From the human T2T-CHM13v2.0 reference genome, Homo sapiens: a stretch of DNA of 64,000 nucleotides. Below the pieces are notes generated by a model. It did not search any database. It was not told the DNA's origin and saw nothing but the letters and a program-made list of their open reading frames with translations. Positions 15,379-30,600 of the stretch are shown piece after piece. How positions within the stretch are numbered: the first letter of the stretch is position 1; each line of letters begins with the position of its first letter. The translations under genes and the position numbers were made by a program. Where the stretch lies: assembly GCF_009914755.1 (NCBI RefSeq), contig NC_060940.1. One strand, given 5' to 3'.

Positions 15379-18300
15379 CAATTACATTCCATGACGATTC
15401 CGTTCGAGTCCATTTGATGATTCCATTAGACTCCATTCGACGATGATTCCATTCGATGTTATTCGATGATTCCATTCGATCTCATTCGATGATGATTCCA
15501 TTCAACTCCATTCGATGTTTCCATTCGAGTTCATTCTATTATTCCATTAGATTCCATTCGATGATGATTCCATTCGATTCCATTTGATGATTGCATTCTA
15601 TATCATTTGATGATGATTCCATTCGAGTCCACTCGATGATTCCATTCGAGTCCATTTAATGAATCCATTGGTTTCAATTCTATGATGATTACATTGGATT
15701 CCATTCGTTGATGATTTCATTCGGTTCCATTCAATGATGATTCCATTCAATTCCTTTCAATGTTTCCATTCAATTCCATACGATGATGATTCCATTTGAT
15801 TTGATTCGACAGTGAGCCATTCGATTCAATTCCATGATGATTCTATTTGATTCAATTGGTTGACATTTCCATTCGATTCCATTCGATGATGATTCCCTTT
15901 GATTTCATTCAAAGATGATTCCATTCTAGCCCATTCAATCATTCCATTCGATTCTATTCAATGATGATTCCATTCATGTCGATTTGGTGATTCCATTTGA
16001 CTTCATTTGATGATGATTCCTTTCAAGTTCATTAGATGATTCCATTCGATTCCATTTGATGATGATCCCATTCGAGTCCATTCAGTGATTCCATTCGTTT
16101 CCATTCCATGATGATTCCATTCCATTCCATTCAATGATTCCATTCGATTCCGTTTGATGATGATTTCATTCGAGTCCATTTGATGATTCCATTTGATTCC
16201 ATTCGATGATGATTCCATTCGAGTCCATTCGATGATTCTATTCGAATCCATTTGATGATTTCTTTTGATTATATTTGGTGAAGATTCCATTGGAGTCCAT
16301 TCAATGATTCCATTCGATTCCAATCGATGGTGATTCCATTAGAGTCCATTTAATGATTCCATTTGATTCCAGTCTCTGATGATTACATTCGAGTCCATAC
16401 GATGATTCCACTCAATTCCATATGATGATGATTCCATTCGATTCCATTCGATGATTCCATTCTATTCTATTCAATGGTGATTCCATTCGAGTACATTAGA
16501 TGATTCCATTCGATTCCATTCAATGATGATTCTATTTGTGTCCCTTAGATGATTCCACATGATTCCATTAGATGATGATACTATTTGAGCCCATCCAATG
16601 ATTCCCTTCGATTCCATTCGATGAGGATTCCATTCGATTCAATTCATTGGTGATTCTATTCAATTCAATTCTTTGATTCCATTCCATTCCATTCGACAAT
16701 GATTCCATTCGATTTCTTTCGATGATTCCACTCGATTCCACTTGACATTGATTCCATTCGATTCCATTCAATGATTCCATTTGATTCCAGTGGATGATGA
16801 TTGCCATCGATTCCATTCGATCACTCCATTCTATTCCATTTGATGATGATTACATTCGATTCCATTTGATGATTCCATCTGATTCTATTCGAGGATTCCA
16901 TTTGATTCCATTCGATGATGATTCCATTCGAGTCCATTCGATGATTTCATTCGAGTACATCCAATGATTCCATTCGAGTCCATTAGATGATTCCATTTGA
17001 TTCCATTTGAAAATGATTCTACTAGAGTCCATTCAATGACTCCATTGGAGTCCATTCAACAATTCCATTCGACTCCATTCGATGATTCCATTCGATTCCA
17101 TTTGATGGTTCCATTCGAGTCCATTTAATCATTACAGTCGAGTCCATTTGGTGATTCCACTGGATTTCTTTTGATAATGATACCATTCCATTACATTTGA
17201 TGATGATCCCATTCAATTTCATTTGATGATGATTCCATTAGAGTCCATTCGATGATTTCATTCGAGTCCCTTCATTGATTCCATCCGATTTCATTGGATG
17301 ATGACTCCATTCGAGTCCATTCGATGATTCCACTCGATTCCATTAGATGACTCCATTGGAGTCCATTTGATTGTTCCATTCGATTCCATTCGATTCCTTT
17401 CGAAGATTATTCCATTTGAGTCCATTCGATGATGATTCCATTCCATTCCATTCGATGATTCCGTTTGATTCCATTCGATGATTCCCTTCGATTCCTTTCT
17501 TTGATGATTCCATTCCATTCCATTCAATGATTCCATTCGAATCTATTCCATGATGATTCCTTTCGATTCCATTCGCTGATGTTTCCGTTCAATTCCATTC
17601 GATGATGATTCCATTCGATTCCATTCATTGAGGATTCCATTTGATTCCATTCAATGATGATTCCATTCTATTCCATTCAATGATTGCATTCAATTCCATT
17701 CAATGATTATCCCATTAGAGTAAACTCAACGATTCCATTCAATACCATTCGATGATGATTCCTTTTGAGTCCATTCAATGATTTCATTCAAGTCCATTTG
17801 ATGATTCCTTTCAATTCCATTCTATGATGATTCCATTCGAGTCCATTCGATGATTCCATTCGATTGCATTCGATGATTCCATTATATTCCATTCAACGGT
17901 GATTCCATTCGAGTCCATTCCATGATTCCATTAGAGTACATTTAATGATTGCTTTGTTTTCAATTCGAAGATGATTACATTGGATTCCATTCTATGATAC
18001 CATTCGATTCCATTCAATGATGATTCCACTCAAATCCATTGGATGATTCCATTCGTGTCCATTCGGTGATTTCATTAGATTCCATTCGAGGATGATTCCA
18101 TTCGATTCCATTCGATGATTCCATTCAATTCCATTTGATGATGATTCCATTCGAGTCCATATGATCATTCCATTTGATTTCATTCGATGATGATTCCATT
18201 CGATTCCATTCGACGATTCCATTCTATTCCATTCGATGATGATTCCATTCGAGTCCATTCGATCAATCCATTCGAGTCCATTTAATGATTCCATTGGGTT

Positions 18301-21300
18301 CAATTCAATGATGATTACATTGGATTCCGTTCTATGATTCCATTCAATTCCGTTCATTGACAATTTGATTCCATTCGATGATGATTCCATTTGAGTTCAT
18401 TCGATGATTCTATTCGATTCTCTTCGATGGTGATTCAATTCTATTATATTGGATGATTCCATTCGATTCCATTTGATGTTGATTCAATTCGATTCTATTC
18501 GATGATGATTCCATTGGATTTCACTTGATGATTCTATTCGATTCCATTCAATGATGATTCACTTCTCGTCCATTGGATGATTCCATTTCATTCCATTCGA
18601 TGATGATTCCATTCGATTCCATTCGATGATTCCATTTGATTCCATGCGACGGTGAGCAATTCGATTCAATTCCATGATGATTCTATTTGATTCAATTAGA
18701 TGATGTTTCCATTCGAATCCATTACATGATTATTCCATTGGAATCCATTTGGCGATGATTCCATATGAGTCAATTCAATGATGATTCCATATGGGTCCGT
18801 TCGATGATAATTCCATTTGATTTCATTCGATGCTTCTATTCTATTCCAGTCGATGATGATTCCGTTGGAGTCCATACGATGATTCCATTTGATTTCATTT
18901 GATGATGATTCCATTCGATGATGATTACATTGGATTCCATTCTATGATTCCATTCAATTCCATTCGTTGATGATTCGATTCCATTCAATGATGATTCCTT
19001 TTGAGTTCATTCGATGATTCTATTCGATTCCGTTCGATGGTGATTCAATTCTATTATATTGGATGATTCCACTCGATTCCATTTGATGATTATTCCATTG
19101 GAGTCCACTTAGTGAATCCTTTAGATTCTACTCGACGATGATTCCATTCGAGTCCATTCGATGATACCATTCAATTCCATTCGTTGATGCTTCCATTCAA
19201 GTGCATTCGATGATATCATTCGATTCCATTTGATGATAATTCCATTTGATTCCATGCGATGATTCTATTCGATTCCATTCAATGATAATTCCATTCAATT
19301 CAGTGATTCCTCTGGACTCCATTTGATGATGATTCCATTCAATGATTCCATTCGATTCTATTCGAAAATGATTCCATTTGAATCCATTTGATGATGATTC
19401 CATTAGATTCCATTTGATGATTCCATTCGATTCCATTCGACGATGATTCCATTCGATTCCGTTTGATGATTCCATTCTATTCTATTCGATGATGATTCCA
19501 TTCGATTCCATTCGATGATGATTGGATTCGATTCCATTTGATGATTTCATTTGATTCCATTCGTTAATGATTTCGATCAATTCCATTCGATGATTCCATT
19601 CGATTCCATTCGATAATGATTACATCCGAGTCCATTCGATGATTCCCTTTGAGCCTGTTCGATAATTCCATTTGAGTCCAACCAATGATTCCATTCATTT
19701 CCATTCAATGATTCCATTCGAGTCCATTTGATCATTCCAGTAGGGTCCATTCGATGTTGATTCCATTGGAGTGCATTCGATGATTCCATTCGAGTCCATT
19801 TTAGGATTTGATTCGAGTCCTTTCGATGATTCCATTCGATTCCACTCGATGATGATTTCATTCGAGTCCATTCGACACTTCCAATCGATTCCATTTGATG
19901 ATTCCATTCGAGTCCAATTGATGATTCCATTCAATTCCATTCGATGATGATTCCGTACGATTCCATTCTGTGATGATTCCATGTGATTGCATTCAATGAT
20001 GATTCCTTTCGATTGCATTCGATTATGATTCATTTCGTGTTTATTCTATGGTTCCACAGGTTTCCATTCGTGTCCATTCCATTATTCCATTCTATTCCAT
20101 TTGATGATGATTCCATTCGATTCCATTCATTGGTGATTCCACTCAATTCCATTCAATGATTCCATTCCATTTCTTTCAACAATGATTCCATTAGTTTCTA
20201 ATCGATGATCCACTTGATTCCATTTGACGACGATTCCATTCTTGTCCATTCGATGATTCCATTTGATTCCATATGATGATGATTCCATTCGATTCCATAC
20301 CATGATGATTCCATTCGAGTCCATTCAATGGTGATTCCATTCAATTCCATTCGATGATTCCTTTCGATTCCATTCGATGATGATGGCATTCGATTCCTTT
20401 CAATCATTCCCTTTGATTCCATTCAAAGGTGATTTCATTCAAGTCCATTCGATAATTGCATTCGATTCCATTCTATGATGATTCCATTCGAGTCCATTTG
20501 ATGATTCCATTCAATTCAAGTCAATGATGATTCCATTCGATTCCATTCGATGATTCCATTGGATTCCATTCGATGATGATTCCATTCAAATCCTTTCGAT
20601 AATTCAATTCAAGTCCATTCGATGATGATTCCAATCGAATCCATTCAAAGATTCCATTCAGTTCCATTCGATGATTCCCTTAGATTCCATTCGATGATTC
20701 CACTTGATTGCATTTACGATGATTCCATTCGATTCCATGTGATGATTCCATTCAATTCTATTCAATGATGTCTCCATTTGATTCCATTCGACCATGATTG
20801 CCTTTGATTCCATTCAATGATTCCATTCGGTTCCGTTTGATGATGATTCCGTTCGATTCCATTTGATGATTCCATTTGATTCCATTGGATGAGTCCATTC
20901 GATTACATTCGATGATTATTCCATTCGAGTGCATTAGATGATTCCATTCGAGTCCATTCGATGATTCCATTCGAGTCCATTCGATGATTCCATTCGATTC
21001 CATTCGATGTTGATTCTGTTCAAATCCATTCGATGATTCCACTTGATTCCATTCGATGACTCCATTTGATCCCATTCGATGATTTCCTTTGATTCCCTTT
21101 GATGATCATTCCATTTGATTCAATTCGGTGATTTCATTTGATTCCATTCAGTGATGTTTCCATTCGACTCCATTCGATGATGATTCCATTCGACTCCATT
21201 CGATTATGATTTCATTCAATTCCATTCGATAATGATTCCCTTCGAGTCCATTCGATGATTCCATTCGATTCCATTCAACAATGATTTGATTCGTGTCCAT

Positions 21301-21513
21301 TCGATGATTCCATTTGATTCCACATGATGATGATTCCATTCGAGTCCATTTGATGATTCCATTCAATTCCATACTCCGATGATTTCTTTTGAGCCCACTC
21401 AATGCTTCCACTCGATTCCATATGATGATGACTCCATTCGATGAAATTCGATGATGATTCCATTCGCTTGCTTTCGATGATGATTCCACTTGAGTCCGTT
21501 AGAAGATTCTATT
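15379..21513 (+). repeat. Unit 4: 6135 bp (6112 +23)
   Basis: ATTCCATTCGAGTCCATTCGATG duplicated at 20941-20986. Confidence 0.92.
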
Positions 21514-24500
21514 CAATTACATTCCATGACGATTCCGTTCGAGTCCATTTGATGATTCCATTGGACTCCATTCGACGATGATTCCATTCGATGTTATTCG
21601 ATGATTCCATTCGATCTCATTCGATGATGATTCCATTCAAGTCCATTCGATGTTTCCATTCGAGTTCATTCTATTATTCCATTAGATTCCATTCGATGAT
21701 GATTCCATTCGATTCCATTTGATGATTGCATTCTATATCATTTGATGATGATTCCATTCGAGTCCACTCGATGATTCCATTCGAGTCCATTTAATGAATC
21801 CATTGGTTTCAATTCTATGATGATTACATTGGATTCCATTCGTTGATGATTTCATTCGGTTCCATTCAATGATGATTCCATTCAATTCCTTTCAATGTTT
21901 CCATTCAATTCCATACGATGATGATTCCATTTGATTTGATTCGACAGTGAGCCATTCGATTCAATTCCATGATGATTCTATTTGATTCAATTGGTTGACA
22001 TTTCCATTCGATTCCATTCGATGATGATTCCCTTTGATTCCATTCAAAGATGATTCCATTCTAGCCCATTCAATCATTCCATTCGATTCTATTCAATGAT
22101 GATTCCATTCATGTCGATTTGGTGATTCCATTTGACTTCATTTGATGATGATTCCTTTCAAGTTCATTAGATGATTCCATTCGATTCCATTTGATGATGA
22201 TCCCATTCGAGTCCATTCAGTGATTCCATTCGTTTCCATTCCATGATGATTCCATTCCATTCCATTCAATGATTCCATTCGATTCCGTTTGATGATGATT
22301 TCATTCGAGTCCATTTGATGATTCCATTTGATTCCATTCGATGATGATTCCATTCGAGTCCATTCGATGATTCTATTCGAATCCATTTGATGATTTCTTT
22401 TGATTATAGTTGGTGAAGATTCCATTGGAGTCCATTCAATGATTCCATTCGATTCCAATCGATGGTGATTCCATTAGAGTCCATTTAATGATTCCATTTG
22501 ATTCCAGTCTCTGATGATTACATTCGAGTCCATACGATGATTCCACTCAATTCCTTATGATGATGATTCCATTCGATTCCATTCGATGATTCCATTCTAT
22601 TCTATTCAATGGTGATTCCATTCGAGTACATTAGATGATTCCATTCGATTCCATTCAATGATGATTCTATTTGTGTCCCTTAGATGATTCCACATGATTC
22701 CATTAGATGATGATACTATTTGAGCCCATCCAATGATTCCCTTCGATTCCATTCGATGAGGATTCCATTCGATTCAATTCATTGGTGATTCTATTCAATT
22801 CAATTCTTTGATTCCATTCCATTCCATTCGACAATGATTCCATTCGATTTCTTTCGATGATTCCACTCGATTCCACTTGACATTGATTCCATTCGATTCC
22901 ATTCAATGATTCCATTTGATTCCAGTGGATGATGATTGCCATCGATTCCATTCGATCACTCCATTCTATTCCATTTGATGATGATTACATTCGATTCCAT
23001 TTGATGATTCCATCTGATTCTATTCGAGGATTCCATTTGATTCCATTCGATGATGATTCCATTCGAGTCCATTCGATGATTTCATTCGAGTACATCCAAT
23101 GATTCCATTCGAGTCCATTAGATGATTCCATTTGATTCCATTTGAAAATGATTCTACTAGAGTCCATTCAATGACTCCATTCGAGTCCATTCAACAATTC
23201 CATTCGACTCCATTCGATGATTCCATTCGATTCCATTTGATGGTTCCATTCGAGTCCATTTAATCATTACAGTCGAGTCCATTTGGTGATTCCACTGGAT
23301 TTCTTTTGATAATGATACCATTCAATTACATTTGATGATGATCCCATTCAACTTCATTTGATGATGATTCCATTAGAGTCCATTCGATGATTTCATTCGA
23401 GTCCCTTCATTGATTCCATCCGATTTCATTGGATGATGACTCCATTCGAGTCCATTCGATGATTCCACTCGATTCCATTAGATGACTCCATTGGAGTCCA
23501 TTTGATTGTTCCATTCGATTCCATTCGATTCCTTTCGAAGATTATTCCATTTGAGTCCATTCGATGATGATTCCATTCCATTCCATTCGATGATTCCGTT
23601 TGATTCCATTCGATGATTCCCTTCGATTCCTTTCTTTGATGATTTCATTCCATTCCATTCAATGATTCCATTCGAATCTATTCCATGATGATTCCTTTCG
23701 ATTCCATTCGCTGATGTTTCCGTTCAATTCCATTCGATGATGATTCCATTCGATTCCATTCATTGAGGATTCCATTTGATTCCATTCAATGATGATTCCA
23801 TTCTATTCCATTCAATGATTGCATTCAATTCCATTCAATGATTATCCCATTAGAGTAAACTCAACGATTCCATTCAATACCATTCGATGATGATTCCTTT
23901 TGAGTCCATTCAATGATTTCATTCAAGTCCATTTGATGATTCCTTTCAATTCCATTCTATGATGATTCCATTCGAGTCCATTCGATGATTCCATTCGATT
24001 GCATTCGATGATTCCATTATATTCCATTCAACGGTGATTCCATTCGAGTCCATTCCATGATTCCATTAGAGTACATTTAATGATTGCTTTGTTTTCAATT
24101 CGAAGATGATTACATTGGATTCCATTCTATGATACCATTCGATTCCATTCAATGATGATTCCACTCAAATCCATTGGATGATTCCATTCGTGTCCATTCG
24201 GTGATTTCATTAGATTCCATTTGAGGATGATTCCATTCGATTCCATTCGATGATTCTATTCAATTCCATTCGATGATGATTCCATTCCAGTCCATATGAT
24301 CATTCCATTTGATTTCATTCGACGATGATTCCATTCGATTCCATTCGATGATTCCATTCTATTCCATTCGATGATGATTCCATTCGAGTCCATTCGATGA
24401 TTCCATTCGAGTCCATTTAATGATTCCATTGGGTTCAATTCAATGATGATTACATTGGATTCCGTTCTATGATTCCATTCAATTCCATTCATTGACAATT

Positions 24501-27500
24501 TGATTCCATTCGATGATGATTAGATTTGAGTTCATTCGATGATTCTATTCGATTCTCTTCGATGGTGATTCAATTCTATTATATTGGATGATTCCATTCG
24601 ATTCCATTTGATGTTGATTCAATTCGATTCTATTCGATGATGATTCCATTGGATTTCACTTGATGATTCTATTCGATTCCATTCAATGATGATTCACTTC
24701 TCGTCCATTGGATGATTCCATTTCATTCCATTCGATGATGATTCCATTCGATTCCATTCGATGATTCCATTTGATTCCATGCGACGGTGAGCAATTCGAT
24801 TCAATTCCATGATGATTCTATTTGATTCAATTAGATGATGTTTCCATTCGAATCCATTCCATGATTATTCCATTGGAATCCATTCGACGATGATTCCATA
24901 TGAGTCAATTCAATGATGATTCCATATGGGTCCGTTCGATGATAATTCCATTTGATTTCATTCGATGCTTCTATTCTATTCCAGTCGATGATGATTCCGT
25001 TGGAGTCCATACGATGATTCCATTTGATTTCATTTGATGATGATTCCATTCGATGATGATTACATTGGATTCCATTCTATGATTCCATTCAATTCCATTC
25101 GTTGATGATTCGATTCCATTCAATGATGATTCCATTTGAGTTCATTCGATGATTCTATTCGATTCCGTTCGATGGTGACTCAATTCTATTATACTGGATG
25201 ATTCCAGTCGATTCCATTTGATGATTATTCCATTGGAGTCCACTTAGTGAATCCTTTAGATTCTACTCGACGATGATTCCATTCGAGTCCATTCGATGAT
25301 ACCATTCAATTCCATTCGTTGATGCTTCCATTCAAGTGCATTCGATGATATCATTCGATTCCATTTGATGATAATTCCATTTGATTCCATGCGATGATTC
25401 TATTCGATTCCATTCAATGATAATTCCATTCAATTCAGTGATTCCTCTGGACTCCATTTGATGATGATTCCATTCAATGATTCCATTCGATTCTATTCGA
25501 AAATGATTCCATTTGAATCCATTTGATGATGATTCCATTAGATTCCATTTGATGATTCCATTCGATTCCATTCGACGATGATTCCATTCGATTCCGTTTG
25601 ATGATTCCATTCTATTCTATTCGATGATGATTCCATTCGATTCCATTCGATGATGATTGGATTCGATTCCATTTGATGATTTCATTTGATTCCATTCGTT
25701 AATGATTTCGATCAATTCCATTCGATGATTCCATTCGATTCCATTCGATAATGATTACATCCGAGTCCATTCGATGATTCCCTTTGAGCCTGTTCGATAA
25801 TTCCATTTGAGTCCAACCAATGATTCCATTCATTTCCATTCAATGATTCCATTCGAGTCCATTTGATCATTCCGGTAGGGTCCATTCGATGTTGATTCCA
25901 TTGGAGTGCATTCGATGATTCCATTCGAGTCCATTTTAGGATTTGATTCGAGTCCTTTCGATGATTCCATTTGATTCCACTCGATGATGATTTCATTCGA
26001 GTCCATTCGACACTTCCAATCGATTCCATTTGATGATTCCATTCGAGTCCAATTGATGATTCCATTCAATTCCATTCGATGATGATTCCGTACGATTCCA
26101 TTCTGTGATGATTCCATGTGATTGCACTCAATGATGATTCCTTTCGTTTGCATTCGATTATGATTCATTTCGTGTTCATTCTATGGTTCCACAGGTTTCC
26201 ATTCGTGTCCATTCCATTATTCCATTCTATTCCATTTGATGATGATTCCATTCGATTCCATTCATTGGTGATTCCACTCAATTCCATTCAATGATTCCAT
26301 TCCATTTCTTTCAACAATGATTCCATTAGTTTCTAATCGATGATCCACTTGATTCCATTTGACGACGATTCCATTCTTGTCCATTCGATGATTCCATTTG
26401 ATTCCATATGATGATGATTCCATTCGATTCCATACCATGATGATTCCATTCGAGTCCATTCAATGGTGATTCCATTCAATTCCATTCGATGATTCCTTTC
26501 GATTCCATTCGATGATGATGGCATTCGATTCCTTTCAATCATTCCCTTTGATTCCATTCAAAGGTGATTTCATTCAAGTCCATTCGATAATTGCATTCGA
26601 TTCCATTCTATGATGATTCCATTCGAGTCCATTTGATGATTCCATTCAATTCAAGTCAATGATGATTCCATTCGATTCCATTCGATGATTCCATTGGATT
26701 CCATTCGATGATGATTCCATTCAAATCCTTTCGATAATTCAATTCAAGTCCATTCAATGATGATTCCAATCGAATCCATTCAAAGATTCCATTCAGTTCC
26801 ATTCGATGATTCCCTTAGATTCCATTCGATGATTCCACTTGATTGCATTTACGATGATTCCATTCGATTCCATGTGATGATTCCATTCAATTCTATTCAA
26901 TGATGTCTCCATTTGATTCCATTCGACCATGATTGCCTTTGATTCCATTCAATGATTCCATTCGGTTCCGTTTGATGATGATTCCGTTCGATTCCATTTG
27001 ATGATTCCATTTGATTCCATTGGATGGGTCCATTCGATTACATTCGATGATTATTCCATTCGAGTGCATTAGATGATTCCATTCGAGTCCATTCGATGAT
27101 TCCATTCGATTCCATTCGATGTTGATTCTGTTCAAATCCATTCGATGATTCCACTCGATTCCATTGGTTGACTCCATTTGATCCCATTCGATGATTTCCT
27201 TTGATTCCCTTTGATGATCATTCCATTTGATTCAATTCGGTGATTTCATTTGATTCCATTCAGTGATGTTTCCATTCGACTCCATTCGATGATGATTCCA
27301 TTCGACTCCATTCGATTATGATTTCATTCAATTCCATTCGATAATGATTCCCTGCGAGTCCATTCGATGATTCCATTCGATTCCATTCAACGATGATTTG
27401 ATTCGTGTCCATTCGATGATTCCATTTGATTCCACTTGATGATGATTACATTCGAGCCCATTTGATGATTCCATTCAATTCCATACTCCGATGATTTCTT

Positions 27501-27625
27501 TTGAGCCCACTCAATGCTTCCACTCGATTCCATATGATGATGACTCCATTCGATGAAATTCGATGATGATTCCATTCGCTTGCTTTCGATGATGATTCCA
27601 CTTGAGTCCGTTAGAAGATTCTATT
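21514..27625 (+). repeat. Unit 5: canonical-length 6112-bp unit
   Basis: Landmark spacing is 6112; ORF-track paralogues at 22703 and 28815 are 6112 apart. Confidence 0.93.
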
Positions 27626-30600
27626 CAATTACATTCCATGACGATTCCGTTCGAGTCCATTTGATGATTCCATTAGACTCCATTCGACGATGATTCCATT
27701 CGATGTTATTCGATGATTCCATTCGATCTCATTCGATGATGATTCCATTCAACTCCATTCGATGTTTCCATTCGAGTTCATTCTATTATTCCATTAGATT
27801 CCATTCGATGATGATTCCATTCGATTCCATTTGATGATTGCATTCTATTTCATTTGATGATGATTCCATTCGAGTCCACTCGATGATTCCATTCGAGTCC
27901 ATTTAATGAATCCATTGGTTTCAATTCTATGATGATTACATTGGATTCCATTCGTTGATGATTTCATTCGGTTCCATTCAATGATGATTCCATTCAATTC
28001 CTTTCAATGTTTCCATTCAATTCCATACGATGATGATTCCATTTGATTTGATTCGACAGTGAGCCATTCGATTCAATTCCATGATGATTCTATTTGATTC
28101 AATTGGTTGACATTTCCATTCGATTCCATTCGATGATGATTCCCTTTGATTCCGTTCAAAGATGATTCCATTCTAGCCCATTCAATCATTCCATTCGATT
28201 CTATTCAATGATGATTCCATTCATGTCGATTTGGTGATTCCATTTGACTTCATTTGATGATGATTCCTTTCAAGTTCATTAGATGATTCCATTCGATTCC
28301 ATTTGATGATGATCCCATTCGAGTCCATTCAGTGATTCCATTCATTTCCATTCCATGATGATTCCATTTCTTTCCATTCAATGATTCCATTCGATTCCGT
28401 TTGATGATGATTTCATTCGAGTCCATTTGATGATTCCATTTGATTCCATTCGATGATGATTCCATTCGAGTCCATTCGATGATTCTATTCGAATCCATTT
28501 GATGATTTCTTTTGATTATATTTGGTGATGATTCCATTGGAGTCCATTCAATGATTCCATTCTATTCCAATCGATGATGATTCCATTAGAGTCCATTTAA
28601 TGATTCCATTTGATTCCAGTCTCTGATGATTACATTCGAGTCCATACGATGATTCCACTCAATTCCATATGATGATGATTCCATTTGATTCCATTCGATG
28701 ATTCCATTCTATTCTATTCAATGGTGATTCCATTCGAGTACATTAGATGATTCCATTCGATTCCATTCAATGATGATTCTATTTGTGTCCCTTAGATGAT
28801 TCCACATGATTCCATTAGATGATGATACTATTTGAGCCCATCCAATGATTCCCTTCGATTCCATTCGATGAGGATTCCATTCGATTCAATTCTTTGGTGA
28901 TTCTATTCAATTCAATTCTTTGATTCCATTCCATTCCATTCGACAATGATTCCATTCGATTTCTTTCGATGATTCCACTCGATTCCACTTGACATTGATT
29001 CCATTCGATTCCATTCAATGATTCCATTTGATTCCAGTGGATGATGATTGCCATCGATTCCATTCGATCACTCCATTCTATTCCATTTGATGATGATTAC
29101 ATTCGATTCCATTTGATGATTCCATCTGATTCTATTCGAGGATTCCATTTGATTCCATTCGATGATGATTCCATTCGAGTCCATTCGATGATTTCATTCG
29201 AGTACATCCAATGATTCCATTCGAGTCCATTAGATGATTCCATTTGATTTCATTTGAAAACGATTCTACTAGAGTCCATTCAATGACTCCATTCGAGTCC
29301 ATTCAACAATTCCATTCGACTCCATTCGATGATTCCATTCGATTCCATTTGATGGTTCCATTCGAGTCCATTTAATCATTACAGTCGAGTCCATTTGGTG
29401 ATTCCACTGGATTTCTTTTGATAATGATACCATTCAATTACATTTGATGATGATCCCATTCAATTTCATTTGATGATGATTCCATTAGAGTCCATTCGAT
29501 GATTTCATTCGAGTCCCTTCATTGATTCCATCCGATTTCATTGGATGATGACTCCATTCGAGTCCATTCGATGATTCCACTCGATTCCATTAGATGACTC
29601 CATTGGAGTCCATTTGATTGTTCCATTCGATTCCATTCGATTCCTTTCGAAGATTATTCCATTTGAGTCCATTCGATGATGATTCCATTCCATTCCATTC
29701 GATGATTCCGTTTGATTCCATTCGATGATTCCCTTCGATTCCTTTCTTTGATGATTCCATTCCATTCCATTCAATGATTCCATTCGAATCTATTCCATGA
29801 TGATTCCTTTCGATTCCATTCGCTGATGTTTCCGTTCAATTCCATTCGATGATGATTCCATTCGATTCCATTCATTGAGGATTCCATTTGATTCCATTCA
29901 ATGATTCCATTCTATTCCATTCAATGATTGCATTCAATTCCATTCAATGATTATCCCATTAGAGTAAACTCAACGATTCCATTCAATACCATTCGATGAT
30001 GATTCCTTTTGAGTCCATTCAATGATTCCTTTTGAGTCCATTCAATGATTCCTTTCAATTCCATTCTATGATGATTCCATTCGAGTCCATTCGATGATTC
30101 CATTCGATTGCATTCGATGATTCCATTATATTCCATTCAACGGTGATTCCATTCGAGTCCATTCCATGATTCCATTAGAGTACATTTAATGATTGCTTTG
30201 TTTTCAATTCGAAGATGATTACATTGGATTCCATTCTATGATACCATTCGATTCCATTCAATGATGATTCCACTCAAATCCATTGGATGATTCCATTCGT
30301 GTCCATTCGGTGATTTCATTAGATTCCATTCGAGGATGATTCCATTCGATTCCATTCGATGATTCCATTCAATTCCATTCGATGATGATTCCATTCCAGT
30401 CCATATGATCATTCCATTTGATTTCATTCGATGATGATTCCATTCGATTCCATTCGACGATTCCATTCTATTCCATTCGATGATGATTCCATTCGAGTCC
30501 ATTCGATCAATCCATTCGAGTCCATTTAATGATTCCATTGGGTTCAATTCAATGATGATTACATTGGATTCCGTTCTATGATTCCATTCAATTCCGTTCA

